Assembly (NCBI RefSeq): GCF_018977255.1
Contig: NW_024704744.1
Span: forward strand, 70,184,001 to 70,248,000
Source of the DNA: Callorhinchus milii
Taxonomy: Eukaryota
Direction of reading: 5' to 3'
DNA length: 64,000 nt
This document shows positions 35,911 to 49,630 of this stretch, piece after piece. Numbering within the stretch: position 1 is the first letter of the stretch; each line of letters opens with the position of its first letter. The notes beneath the pieces were generated by a model. It was not told where the DNA came from. It ran no database searches and worked only from the letters and a program-made list of their open reading frames with translations. The position numbers were made by a program, and so were the translations under genes.

Positions 35911-37880
35911 AGGATCAGAAACCATTAGATATCAGAGTGGGAGTCTTTCCTCTTATGGCAGACGCATTCACTCAGAAGGGAATGTGGGGAGTACTGTTAG
36001 CTGCCAGTAGCCAAGAGAAGTGGGCAATGGCACAGAAACCCTGCTCACCAAAGGGGACAATGAAAAGGTGATGTAGCAGAGATGCTTCTGAGATGGGTTT
36101 TGAAATAACTGCACGTTGTTGAGTGGTACTCATGCTCATACTGTGTGTAAATAATGTACAAGGAGTGTAGAGTTACTGGCGTTTCGTGCTCACATAAATT
36201 GTCCTGGTGGACCACTTCACCTTCAAGGGCATTGCATAATTTCTGGATACATCCCACATCCTCTTTGGAAGATCAGCATTACTTTGAGTGCTCATCTGAT
36301 AACCTTCCTAGGGTTTAAAAATTGATTTATAAGTACTTGTTTTTTTTTAATCTTACGGTGAGGTGACATGTTTCCTAGTCTAGGTCACAGGAATGTATCC
36401 ATTCAATACATGTACCCAATAACATAAATCCTTAAGAGTCAACAACAAAATTCAGATTTGGAAATAATAACAATAATCTTTACATTTAGTATAGCGCCTT
36501 TCACGTTCACAGGAGACCAGCCAACTTCACAGTAAGATACCGTTTCTTGGAGCGTGAGCGAGGGAGCATTGGATTCAACAAAGTCACAAGGACGTATTTT
36601 CTATTGTGAATACATGACAGTAAAGGTAATATCCAAGAAAGTCCTTTAACTTCTGAGATAAATTTGACCCTTCAATCAAAACAAAGGTTAGATCAATGTC
36701 TGCTGTCAGAGGGCTATTTGTCCTATGTTGTGATGATGGCAAATTACACTGGTACAGAGTGCAGCTCTAGAATAGTTCAGAACACAAGCAATGCCATTGC
36801 AAGTGCAAAACACTAAGTCACACCACAAGGCACAAACCACATGGGCACTGAACAGTACCCCATTTACTCGGAACAAGACTTCTTCATTTGTCTCTATCCA
36901 TAGTGCACACACTCTCCTGCCAGCACTGCATATACAAATATAATTTGTTGTTGTTGCTTGGGTTTTCTAACATGGAAAAACCCCCTTGATGTGCATTGGA
37001 AGTGAATAAGCAATCTTGATGATGCTACATCTGTTGTTTTATTATTTGTTTTCCTGTTGGTTATAAACACAATAGAGCGTCCTGTCTTTTTGCAAGAGTG
37101 GATCGAGCACTATCAGTTACTACACCCTGTGACCCGAAATATCCTGAAAGAGTTTACAGAGTTGGAAGTTTACAGGAAAATGAAATGTCTTGCTGAGATT
37201 GGCTTGGGGACAAATATTTTTGATTAGTAACTTCTGACTAAACAGTTGAAAAATTCATTGTGAGTCAAGGTTGAGAAGGCTTGAGCTGATGTGAGGGCTT
37301 GCTGTTATCTCTATGTTTGCATTTCCTTCCTACTGGATCTAACTGCAGGTGGCTTCCTTTGTCAACACATGTCACCTCTATTAACTGTTTGAGGACCTAA
37401 AGATTATTTAACCAGATTAACAATAAGGAAAAAGCAATGTATGGCAGTAAAGTTGATAGCTATTAATATAGCAATCGTATAAAAGTCAAATGTCATTGAA
37501 TTGAGAGTTTGGAAGCAGTGCCTTCCTGCTCCAGGCCGGCCACACTGTCCTTGGGAGTTTGTGTATTGATCCTTATAGCACTTGTTCTCTTTCTCCCTCA
37601 CAACATGTTGTGAAAAAGCAATCTTACTATCCTTCGCTTTGTTTTGCTCCAACAAAATACCACCGTCCCATAACAATCTATCTGTCTCTCTCCTACACAA
37701 ACACAAGATAAGCCTCTGGAATATTTTGTCTGACTAATATATCTGCCTCCCACTCCCATGCCAGCCTCACTTACTCGATGGTCACTCGTACATAAAACAG
37801 CACATGTGGGCTTCAACTATATACCCCATTTACTGTAGTCGCATTGTAAGACAAATTTGTCTATAATGGATCTTTTTTTT

Positions 37881-38036
37881 GTCAGCTGGATGTCTGATAC
37901 ATGCAGAAACCCATCATATGCTTAAGAGTACCCAAAACCAGACTGAGTTCCATCTACATATGTCACCAATATATGGAGATTTCCCTGTTAAATTGTTTTG
38001 ACCAGTTTGGATGTCTGACACTTGTGGAAACCCATC
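37881..38036 (+). repeat. Unclassified ~120-bp repeat (copy 2, about 1.3 tandem units)
   Basis: Unit start CAG.TGGATGTCTGA.AC.TG..GAAACCCATC recurs at 37883 and 38003; homologous to 7829-7952. Confidence 0.6.
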
Positions 38037-39614
38037 CCAATGAATGACAACAACGTGCCTTTATACAGTGCCCTTCAGGTCTCAATGTGCTTAAGAAGTT
38101 GGAAATTAAGTCTTAGAAATGAGTCGAATGGGTCTGATTGGTGAGATAGGTAAAATAATTAGTAACTAGTAAATCCTACGGAGTTTGCATGAACCTCAGG
38201 CTGAGCTGACCCTCTGGAACTCCACCGGATACTTAATCTCAGTTTTAAATTCAGTGAAGCCTGATTCCAGCCATAGGCAGCTCCTGGCACCCAGCAGATC
38301 AGTGTCCAAATGGAGCTCCAAATGATAGGCCTTTGCCAAACCTTTTACTTTTTTTTACACAGGTAACCAGCAGAATATATAATGACCTCCCATCGTGAAA
38401 GGCACTATATACAGTATATGTAATTTGTACTGTTGTTGTAGAATCTACAATTTATAAGTCTTACAATTAAACCTCACTAAAAACCGAATGCTATGATTTT
38501 ACTATTTAATAATTATTTATTATTGCTATTTAACACGAATAGTGCTAATGCACATTTGTGCTGGAAAAAGGTGACCTTTTGATGATAACAACACCTAACT
38601 GCACCACCCCCCTCTCCTCCACCCTGGGTACGTGGGAGGTGAATGTGACACCTTTTCCATTGGTTGAGCCCAGAAGAGATGGGAGTATCCTGACTAAAAA
38701 TACCCCAAATAAAATCGGTCACTTATTTCATGCTTGTTTGGGAAGCATTGCCGTGCTTAATTTGGCTGCCACATTTGTCTGCAAACACAGTCACTCCACT
38801 TTACAGTATATCCTGTGAATCACTTTGAGATGTCCTCCTGACTTGAAAGGCCCTATATAAAATATAAGGGTTATTATAGAAACGGGATGTGTCACAGATT
38901 GAAGCTGGTTAGCGGGATACCTGATTAACCTTGATTTCTCTGTGAAAATCCTTTCTCTTTCCATCTTCAGCTGCACAACTGGCGTTGTCAAGATATGTAG
39001 CAGCCTGGAACTGTGTGTACAGTGGAGTAATGTGATGTGGATTAAATGCTTTGTGAAGAAGCTGTGAATAGCTGGCTATGGAAAGGCTGATGGTGACAGA
39101 GACACATTGTTGGCCCAATGACCGAAGCGCGTTGTGGAGTGTGATGGTTCCAGTTCTGTAACTGGTCATGGCTGAATCATGTCGATTATAATGTTAGATA
39201 AGCAGCAATTATCTTCAGAGGACAGGGAAACATTTCACAGCTTCGTGTTGCTCTGAACTATCATTACTCAGCTCCCTCAGCAGATTAAAGAAGTCCCCAA
39301 ACAAGTGCTAATTGTACTCAGTTTTTTTGAAGATGTAAACTCTCTTGGTTAAAAGCCTTTTTCTCATTCTGTTCATTATTTCTTATACACACTATTGTAT
39401 TGCATCAGCCAAGCAATTGCCTCATGTGAGAATGATACCAGAAATGTGCTTCATGTCAATGGGAGCCAGATCTATACTGAGGAAGCGTGACAAAGGCACT
39501 AATGTTGCTCAGGCATTGATGATGGGGGACAGGTAGCCTGTGATCAAGGTGATACACATTCTGTACCAAGAACCTGACTGAAAAATACTATGTTTTGTTT
39601 CTCAGTGTGCACTC

Positions 39615-40570
39615 CCTCAAGCTGCCTCATCCTCACTTCAAACATCAAGTGCAAAGAGGTCCTAGACTTCCTCATGTCAAAGATTGAAAATATCTGCTTG
39701 GCTGCATCCTCTTCCCCTATGTCCCCTGCCACACCCCCCAGACCATCTACACCACTCCCTCGTTCTGCCACAGACCCCACCACTTCCCCCGCCCTACACT
39801 CCTTTGCCCCGATTACTTCTCCTTCCCTTTCAACCACCATCTCCTAGATGAAACCCACCACCTGCTGCCTCGACCCCCTCCCCACTCAATTGCTGGTCAC
39901 CCACGCCCCTCCTCTCACCGCTAATGGCCGACATAATCAACCAGTCACTCTCCTCAGGTTTTGTTCCTCTTCTCCCTAAAACCGCTGTCATCACTCCCCT
40001 CCTAAAAAAACCCTTGTCCCCTCCAACCTTACAAATTACTGTCCCATTTCCAACCTGCCCTTCCTTGCCAAAGCTTTGGAATGTATTGTCACTGATCAGC
40101 TCTGCTCTCACCTCTCCCTTCTGCCCTTCCCATAGCACAGAGACAGCACTTGTCTGCAGCTGAACATGGACAAGGTGGAAGCTAAACTCCTTGGCTACCG
40201 CCAACATCTTCTATCCTGCAGATCTGACCTCCTCAATCTCCCCAGCCTATCTTTCAGACTCACCGAACCAGTGCACAACCTAGGTATCAGGTTCGACCTA
40301 CAGCTGTCCTTTCTACCCCATATCAAGTGCCTGACCAGGACCGCCTTCCTCCACCTCCGCCACATTGCCCACCTCCGACCATACCTCACCTCAGATACAG
40401 CCGAAACACTCTTCCATGTGTTCGTCACTTCTCGACCCAACTTTTCAAAAGCCCTCTTTGCTGGTCTCCCCATCTCCACTATGCACAAGATCCAGTTGAT
40501 CCAAAACTCCGCCACTCTCGTACTCATCCGCACTGAACTCCATACCCCCATCACACCAGTTCTAGACAGC
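39615..40570 (+). mobile_element. L2 LINE ORF2 fragment with internal deletions
   Basis: IINQSLSSGFVP..KTAVITPLLKKP, HSTETALV, NLGIRFDLQLSFLPHI...AFLHLRHIAHLRPYLT...IQLIQNSA. Confidence 0.9.
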
Positions 40571-42384
40571 TTTTGTTTTTGTTGTTGTTGTTTTAGAGGA
40601 TCGTGTTCAGTGAGTGAAATTATTTGCAGATTTTATGGGCTTAATAGCTTCTGTTTGTGCTGTAGATTTCTATTTCTATGTGCAGGAAACAGGAAATAAC
40701 GTTGTGATGACCCAATGATTCATAAGTTGGCTATTTTTCTTTTAACTTATGGAAACCAGCCATCGCTCTCCCTGCACTCTGGACGGTTCCACATGCATGC
40801 AGTAATAAACAACAACAACAAAATTACATTTATAGAGCGTCTTTCATGTCGGGAGGACGTCCCAAGATGCTGAGAGAGATAACCATGAACTTACACTATC
40901 TTAAATACTGACCTAAGATCAAAATAATTTGTAATAATTAGGAGAAATGAGCCACCATTATTGATGGTTTTCTCTCATCACCTCCATGTGGTGAAATGCC
41001 ACTGTCAGAGTTCGGGCTGAACCAAACTCTCTGATAAGAGGAGCAGTGTTGTCATGAAGAGTGACGACTTACTTCCTAGTGATAAATAATGATAATCCTT
41101 ACATTTGATATTGTGCTTTTCATGTTGGGAGGAAGTCTGAAAAGCATGAAAAGTAGGATTTGCAGGATATACTATAAAATATAGTGAATGTGTATTCTCC
41201 AGTCAAACACAGCAGCCAATTTGCTCATAGCAAATTGATGGTGGTTAAAAGCATTACCAGCTACCCTACACTTTGCCTTTTTATTTAAACAACAGTGCTA
41301 GAGAAGCAGCATTGGGGCATGAAGAAACAGTACTTTGCCATCTAGTTTATCTTCATCATTTATCTAACATTTTATCACTTAAGTTTGTTGGTGTTAGAAA
41401 CGGCAGAGACAAGAGTTTAGAAGCACGTTAAACTTTCCAGGATGATATTCTGTGTAGTTTACAATGACATTTGCATGGATTTCTGCACTTTCTTCTCATG
41501 ACATGTTTAAAAAGCATAACTTAGAAAGATTTTTACAGCGCCTTATCACATTGAAATATCTGAAAGCCAGTGACAGGTAATTAATATCAAGTGTAGTAAC
41601 TAATTTTGCAGGCGAATGCGGTAACCATTCATGCAAGATTCTACAAATAACTATGAGGTGAGTGACCTGTAATCCTGGATTGTTAGCCAGGACACAAGGA
41701 GAAACGTTCTCGTTTTAAATCGGTGTCATGGGAATCTTTAACCTGCAGAGGAGACATCAGTTTTAAAAAAACTAAGGTATGTAACCTCCAGTAATGCAGC
41801 GATTTTACTATAAGTCCAGTGTCAGGGTGGAGTGTGGGCGCAGGACCCAATGTGAGGATGAACAAGCACCCCTCTGACACCAAAATGCTATTAATGCTAC
41901 AACAAGGTTGCTGACTTGGTAAGTGATTCCCACACAACTCTGTCAACATTTTTTTTGTACGATGGAGTTTTTTTTTGCAAGTAATATTCTTGCCTTATTT
42001 AATATTTACTTCATCTAAAAGTCTGTGCATATGCTTACATCTGGCATGCATTCTGCCCCTGTCGTCTGTCTACACGAAAACTGGAGTTGTGCAGATATTT
42101 TTGGCTCCAGCTGCGTTTGAGCAAAAGTGTGTTTCCAATTGCGTATTGAAAAGCCAAAGCTCAGAAACTAAGTTGAAAGTAAGTGCAGGAACTAACTATA
42201 GTAAGTGCAGTGTTGGAATCTTACATTGGCACGGAACCAGTGTCTTAAAATACATTTTCTATTTTCATGAAATCCGCAGTTGTTGGGGAGTCTGAGAAGT
42301 GAAGTTGTGTTGTTTGATGAAACGTGCTACAGATGGGAGCATTTCACATCGATGTTAGATGCTTGTAGTCTCCATCAGCTTGTG

Positions 42385-42700
42385 GAGTCAGTGTAGCTAA
42401 ATGGTTAGAGCACTCGTCTCGCAAGCAAGAGACCTGGGTTCGATTCCTGGCAGGGCTAAACCTTGGCCAAGTTTCCTAACTCCACCCGCCTAATAATAAT
42501 CCCTCAAGAAAAAAAAAGTAATAAACTGGTCACTTCAATCCACGACTGTTTGTGGGATATTGCCTTGCGCAATTGGCTGCCGCATTTCACCCACAAATAT
42601 ACATTCGATTCACTTTACAATTATTCTGTGAAGTGCTTTGAGACGTCAAGAAGACGTCAAAAGCACTATATCTAATGCAAGGTTTATTATTATTATTATC
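42385..42700 (+). mobile_element. tRNA(Ala-like)-derived SINE with internal deletion
   Basis: GGAGTCAGTGTAGCTAAATGGTTAGAGCAC (A box), GGTTCGATTCC (B box), L2-like tail plus (TTA)n. Confidence 0.88.
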
Positions 42701-43849
42701 AGCAACTGTGCCAAAACCAGCAACTGGAATGTTTGCAGTTACATCCGAAGTGACAAAATTGCAAGAATTTTGGAAATGGGCAAAAGCAACCCTCAAAACA
42801 TCTGGTTTCCTTCTGTGCCCCAAGTGGCAGAAACACAGCTTGTTAAATTGACTTATTAAAATGCTTCAGATGATGAAAACCAAAGAGAACAAAGGGGACT
42901 CAGAAGAAGTTTGCCATGTCAGAATCATGTTGTTTTCCCCAAAGACCTGGAACATGCAATTCTGAAGGACGGTGCACTGTAATCTCTGATCTCATAATGA
43001 ATGCTGAGGCAAGTGTCTTTGTTACATCTTGGCGTCTTTGGGGCTTCCCAACCCGTCTGTGAGCCAAATGTCTGTCCCTGGTAGGTGTGCTATTCAGATG
43101 TTTGGATGATGATCTTCAGTCGCTGTGAGACTGAGGAATGTGTCACTATGTCAAAGGCCAGTCAGTCCCTAATTCCCTGCTGGTCTGCAACATTTTATTT
43201 CATTCAGGGGTTGTTGAAACAGCTGGGAAAACTGAAGCTGTAGAAATGAAACCTTCTGACAGATGTTGAATGATAGAAGACACCAAAAAANCATGTTGTG
43301 AACTGTATTACAAAATAGATTATTTTGCCAAAGCTGAAAAGCTATCGTACTGAGCCATTTAAACCCACAGTCTCTCTGGCACTCTCCCTTGTTTGGGGGT
43401 AATTCCCTGAAGCAAAGACCAGATTTGCCAAAGTGATTTAAATAGTTTAGAATACTCCCTTAACAGTTCACGGTTCTGACACAGCATTATATGGGTTAAA
43501 ATTTAGCAAATTCTATAACTCATTCCTTTTGATAAGAATCTTCTATCACAAGAAACGGATTCTGAAATGCTGCCAATTTTAGAATATCAGTCTTTATCTA
43601 TTGCTGGCGAACCATCCATGCCAACCATGCTGGTGTAACATTACTGCTTGTCCATCATCACTGTCTCTCTCTCTCCCCTCCCCACCATCACCAGTACCTA
43701 ATGGTCTCGACAAAATGAGTGAGTAGGTGGGAAATCCATCTTTATAACAATGTTTTTGAACGTGAATAACTGGATTTCATAATAGGAAACCGTGTAAATT
43801 AAGTTCCTTTTTCTAGTTTTTTGAAGGCGACAGTGTCAGAATACAATAC

Positions 43850-44350
43850 AAATTTTCATTTATATATTGTGTTTCACATTGGGAGGATGTCCCAAGGCAC
43901 TTAACAGTCCTGGATTGACATCCAAGCTGGGGATTGGAGTTGAAGAAAGTGGGGAGGGGAAAGATGCCCGAAGGCAGACAGAGTGAGGGAAGGAGTGAAT
44001 TGGAGGCACTGGGACGAACTTCCAGAGAGTGAGGGCAGATAGGCTGAAAGCCTGACAACCAATGGAAGGGTGGGTCGGGTGTGGGACATATAGTAGGGCG
44101 GGTGAGTGAAGCGAACGGCCAGATCAGTATGGTTTAAGGAGATTGCAGCGGTAGCTTGGGGCAAGATCATGGAGGGGTTTGAAGGAGAGGACGAGGGTCT
44201 TGAACTCAATTCGGTAGGGAACATGGAGCCAGGCGGGGGTGAGGGTGATAGGTTCACACAGCCTAGTGCGGGAAAGAACATGGTCTGCGGAGTTCTGGAT
44301 AGTGTGCAGGTTATGGAAGGAAGAGTTGGGTAGTTCAGAGAGTTGGCATG
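43850..44350 (-). mobile_element. L2 LINE 3' fragment
   Basis: LHTIQNSADHVLSRTRLCEPITLTPAWLHVPYRIEFKTLVLSFKPLHDLAPSY. Confidence 0.85.
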
Positions 44351-45674
44351 GAATATGAAGGTTTAAGGATGAAAAATCAAAGCTAGTTGGTGGGTATGGC
44401 ATTCGAGGGGGAATGGGACCAGGGCTGATGGATAAGTGAATGCATATGGGCGATTATTGAAGAATGAAATGTGCAGCATTTCCATAAGCCGTTGTCCAAG
44501 TTCTCATAAGGAACCTGTTAAGAAAATTGCAGACTTCACCCCGTCCATTAGAAAAATCTGCTGGGAGCCTTCCTGAAGTTCCCGACTGACAGAATGTTAT
44601 AGCACAGAATTAGCATATTCTGACTATCAAGTCTGGATTGGGGTTTCCCTCCATATAAACCATCTAATCCTCCTCACTTCCCCATATCCTGAATCTCATA
44701 CTGAAGCATTGTTGAATCTAAATATTTCATTGTGCTGCAAACTATACCAAAAGTGAAGTCAGTTCTTTTCTGAATGCAGCATCCGTTACAAATGTCACCG
44801 TGCAAGTAAAATGTAATTTATCAATGTGTTAAAGGTGTAATTTACTGGGGCTGAGGTTTCAGGACTTTCTTCAGGACTCCTGCTAGCAGATTCCAGACTA
44901 ACAAACAGCCCACAGCCTGGAAGGAGTATGTATCACATAATAATTATAACAAAAATCAATAATAATCCTTGCATTTGATATAGCGTCTTTCACATCAGGA
45001 GAACATCTGAAAGTACTTCACAGGATTTTCTGTAAAATGTAGTGACTGTGTGTTTTGTAGGTGTACGTGATTTACCTCACACTTGCCGCAGATGTATTAA
45101 CATGGGCTGTGTTTCTGAGAGCCAGAGATGTTCAGCTTCATAAATGTTCTTACATAAAAACTAAAAAACTATTTTGTCTGTACATTAAGTTCATAACACT
45201 AAGGGCATCCCTTAAAGATATGTTAAATTCAGTTGTAGAACATGTCACAAAATAGCATTTATCTGAAAACAGTTTAGGTGAAATCCTTTTTAATCCATGA
45301 ATTTTTAACTCTGCCTATAACGTAATCTCAATTTGTTGGTCCTTATATTCTGGCACATCATTTAGTTCTGAGAGTAAGGCTTGGACAACAAGTTGTATGT
45401 CAATCCACTTGCTAAGCACTTAACAACCGGCAGAAATATGCTTTATTTGTTAATTAAATAAAAAACAAAGATTGTTCATGATGTCTCTACAGGAGGAATA
45501 AAACCATTCTTAATGGGAGCTAAAATATGAACGCAGGGCATTTTGCCAGGAATTCTCTTCAGATAGGCCCAGGAGCCAGTTTGTGAGAGACAAGAATTAA
45601 GTCGGCTTCAGGACTCTGCCACGAGACCATCAGCACCAACATCTGACTCTGTAAAAATGACTCAAAGGCACCTT

Positions 45675-46345
45675 ATAATAACAATCTTTGAATTAGATAG
45701 AAACAAAAAAAACAGAAGTCGCTGGGAACACTCAGCAGGTCAGGCAGCATCTATGGAGAAAGGAAAGTGAGTCAACGTTTTGGGTCCACAACCCTTCATC
45801 AGAACTAAGTCAGCTTCAGGACTCTGCTTCAGTTCTGATGAATGGTCGTGGACCCGAAACGTTGACTCACTTTCCTTCCTCCATAGATGCTGCCTGACCT
45901 GCTGAGTATTCCCAGCAACTTCTGTTTTTGTTTCAGATTCCAGCATCTGCAGTATTTTGCGTTGTGAATTAGATAGATTGCCTTATCACATCATGGAGAC
46001 ATCTCAAACCACTTCACAAGATTTTACTGTGAAGTGTAGTGACTGCATATTTTGTAGGTGAACATGCAGTCAATTTGCGTATAGAAATATCCTACATTGA
46101 GAGAGTGACCAATTTAATCTGGGGACTTGTTGGCCAGGACACCAGGAGAAAATCGCTTCTCTTTAACATCCATCTGAACAGGCAGACAGGACCACCACTT
46201 AATGTCTCATCTGAAGGACGGTACTTCCAAAAACGAGGCACACCCTCAACATTGCAGCCGGCCTGGACTGTGAGCTCCAAGTCTCGATGTGGGGCTTGAA
46301 CCCACAATCTTCTGACAGACAACTGCCAACTAGACCAGGCTGACA
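45675..46345 (-). mobile_element. Deu-domain SINE hosting the 45701-45964 insertion in its tail
   Basis: Head at 46290-46345 (reverse GTCAGCCTGGTCTAGTTGGCAG...GGGTTCAAGCCCCAC), Deu core at 46160-46225, and a tail continuous across the insertion. Confidence 0.75.
45701..45964. mobile_element. Palindromic PLE-derived element with a hammerhead motif on each strand and 13-bp TSD
   Basis: About 105-bp inverted arms (45701-45806 and 45831-45933) with a 24-bp spacer. TGAATTAGATAGA at 45689-45701 and 45965-45977. Confidence 0.9.
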
Positions 46346-47159
46346 CCTTGCAGATGTATACATAAATGCGATTCAGAAAGATACTCTAAACATTCATTCC
46401 AGGTAAATTATTCTTAAGTCCAATTGTACTTTTTCAGTTACCGTCATTTTATGCACCTTGTTGTTTTTATAAAAAAAAGTCTTCATTCTTGTTTCAAGTC
46501 TGATTTGCCCTATTGCCCTCTCTCTGCTACTGTGTATGGAAGCCTGGATCCAGGTGTCATTCAAGCATAAGGAAGCTGCCCTGGAGCTGGCTGGCCATTC
46601 TTTGTCTCATGGACCCTGTCTCTATGGCATGCACAAATCTGACAGTAATGTTTATAACCGGAACAAAAGCTACTATTTTCAATGTTGTCTCTTGCTTTAT
46701 TGCGCGGAGAAAGTGAACCCCAGCAAACTAACAGTTTAGCTCGAAACCTAATACTGCAGATTTATCATTGTGGTGAATCAACAATCTAAGGCCTCTTGTA
46801 GCCTGAGTCCTGCATTTAGGAATTCTTGGGTTCACTTGGCGTGAAACGTCTGTCATGCGCTGGTAAAGCAGCCCTGACATTAATTTATGTGCAGCCCATT
46901 CATTATCTTACATTAAATTGGCCATTCATTTCAGGGCTGTTTGGCGTCATTGTTGTGCACAAATTGGCTGCCACGTTCAACAAAATCTAACAAAGCCATA
47001 AAGTGAAAAAGTTATAGTTAAAATACAACAACAACAACATTACATTTATAGAGCACCTTTCCTGTTGGGAGGACGTCCCAAAGCGCTGAAATAAGGTAAA
47101 TAAAGCACAGGGTGGTGGGTGGGGGATGGGGGAAGGGACAGGATGGCACTGATCATGTG

Positions 47160-47360
47160 CAAGAGTATTTTATCTTCAAATTTAAGATTGCACACAATTG
47201 TGGACATTTCTTAATTTTGAAACCAAACCCTTTTAACAACTGCAGAAGCCTGGCTTCCAAATTGAGCCTGATTTTAAGAAAAATTCCACAATTCTGTGTG
47301 ATGTTAAATTTTAAGGCAAAATAGTCTTGTAGGTTAAGACTAAATAGAATATCAGGTCTC
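47160..47360. mobile_element. MITE-like element, partial
   Basis: Ends GAATATCAGGTCTC (reverse of a GAGGCCTGAAATTC-like terminus). Arms CACAATTGTGG / CCACAATTCTG. CTGGCTTCCAAATT is shared with 61531. Confidence 0.5.
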
Positions 47361-49128
47361 TTATGCATGAGCACAAGTTATCCCTACATGAAAAGTGCAA
47401 GTTGTTGCTTTAAATTCAGCAATGCGAGGAGAATCGCTCTATGTTCTTGCTTCGAATGCTTCGAGTGAGTCACAGCCTTATAATGCACTTCTGACCATCT
47501 GTTATGCTCCATGCCAAAGATCCATGATCTCTCCATGACTCATTAGCCCTTCTAGTCAGACTCCTCCGCAGAGCTGGTAAAACATTCCCTAAAAATGGAA
47601 TTGGGTATTTGTGTCCTGCATGAAAAAGCATTTCCACTTCCATAGGACATTTGGAAAGCAACATATGCTCTCTGATTGTCCATTAATGTGCAAGTGCACT
47701 GGTCAGGCCCCACATGAGCACCGGTGAAATGATCACCTCCATAATGAATCTGTAACACTTGTTAACAAGGCATTCCATGCTGTAAATAAAGCTGTCGGAG
47801 TTAATCCAGCTGTGGAGAATGGAGGCTTGGGTGTGATGATGGAGAGTCAGAGCGGTAAACTCCTGTGAGAGCATTTAATGCAAGCAGTGCTGGAGAAGTG
47901 AGACGTTCTTTCTGATGTTGTTGGAATGAACAGGAAGCAAGCTTAGCAGACAGTCATTTCACAGTGATAAATTAGATTTTAAAATATTGATCAAAGGTAC
48001 CATCAACAAATTGCCTTTAGAAGATTTTTGGAGAAGTAACTGAATGAATAAATGGAGTAAAATAAATAAATAATCACTACATTTGTTAGTACAGCTATAA
48101 TATTGAAACCTTCACTTTTGCAGTAGTTACTGATAAAGTGTAGTGACTGTCTATTTGTAGATAAATGCAGCATTTTTGTCCCACAAAAAGCCAGAAGGTG
48201 AATAATCATTTATCTAGAGGATTGTTAGCTAGGACACAGGGAGAAACTCCCTTCTCTACTGCAATGGGATCTTTAACATTCACCTAAACAGAAAGTCGAG
48301 ACTTTGGTTTAAAGTATGTCAGCCTTGCTCAGTTAGTAGCACTCTCGTCTCTGAGTCAGAAACACTGCCCCAGAATCTCAGTGTAGAGTGTGAGCTCAAG
48401 AATGGGCCTAAGCAGAGAATCATCCTTATTTCCCCTGGCAAAAAGAGAGGGTGAAGAACGTTCTCACTCCTTTCCTTACATAAATGTCTCATGATGTCTC
48501 CAGGATTTTACTTCTCTCCCCATGGAGAAGCATTTTACCAGTAGCGTTTTACTAAGTTTGGGAGCCTACTGTATGGAGAAACACCAACCAGATTGTCTGT
48601 GACTTATTACTCCGTGTGCAATAATGCTTTGGGACGGAAGCCAACTGGCCCACAACTTGTGGCATTGCTAAAGAACGAGAGCCTCCATCAGTCCATCTCT
48701 TAAAAGCCAAACAGTTGCAAACAATTACCATTTACACATCTCCAGTTTTATTTTATTTGATCTATCTGTGCTTAAATAAGTCTCAGAAGATTCCAAATAT
48801 CAGTTGTTGCTAGTACTCCAAAAATTGGGATTTGTTTAGTTAATCTTTTCGATGCTGGCGAGTGGTGGTGGGGTGGGGGTGAGTTGGAAGGAGGGAGGTA
48901 TGTGTCCTGGATAATTGATGTTAAAGGGCTTTGTATTCATGGAAAAAATTGTTTAACTTTTCTTTTGCTTGAGACAAGTGTAGAGGTGATAGAACTGTAG
49001 AAATTTACAGCACTGAATGGTAGAGACTTTGATGATCCATTTTGACAATAAATTGAGATCACTGTGTGGTCTGTTTGCTCAAGGATAAAAGGTGTTCTCT
49101 AACCCTTTTGTGAAGACAGTGCCCATTT

Positions 49129-49459
49129 GGGGAGAAATTCCTTCTCGGTCTAGATTTTGTATATTTCGCTTACAAAAATAGACAGTCACTACAGTTGACA
49201 GTAAATACCGTGAAGTGCTTTGAAACCTTCTCCCACCTAAAGGCTCCATATCAAATTTCAAGGATTATTTACTGAATATCCAGAATTTGGCAACTTGTTG
49301 AGTTCAGTCTTAACTTTGAAGTCAGTTTTCTGTAGTTTTTTAAAAGAAAACCTTCAAAATTAAGGCTGTTTAAATTGAGGAATGTACCAAATTCTAGACA
49401 GAATGCTCTAAAATGTTACATAAATAGAGTAAATTTAGATCCAGGTAAAATTACACCCT
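49129..49459. mobile_element. MITE-like element interrupted by a SINE tail (~49169-49272)
   Basis: GGGGAGAAATTC...[SINE tail]...ATCCAGAATTTGGCAA...CCAAATTCT...AAATAGAGTAAAT...AAATTACACCC; matches 17853-18045. Confidence 0.65.
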
Positions 49460-49486
49460 AGTTTGACAATGAATTTCATCCTGGTT

Positions 49487-49630
49487 TCGCCCACAAATAT
49501 ACAGTCAATTCACTTTACAGTATATTCTGTGAAGCACTTTGAGACGTCATGAGACGTGAAAGGCGCTATATCAAATGCAAGGATTATTATATATTATTAT
49601 ATTATATATATTATTATATATTATATTGTG
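49487..49630 (+). mobile_element. tRNA-SINE 3' end with expanded AT microsatellite tail
   Basis: TTCGCCCACAAATATACAGTCAATTCAC...GACGTGAAAGGCGCTATATCAAATGCAAGG followed by (TATTA)n. Confidence 0.85.

Noticed and set aside
39615-40570. Active autonomous LINE
   Set aside because: All L2, CR1 and PLE copies are truncated with frameshifts or deletions; none has an intact ORF.
43291-43291. Single N
   Set aside because: Ambiguous base after an A-run; sequencing or assembly artefact.
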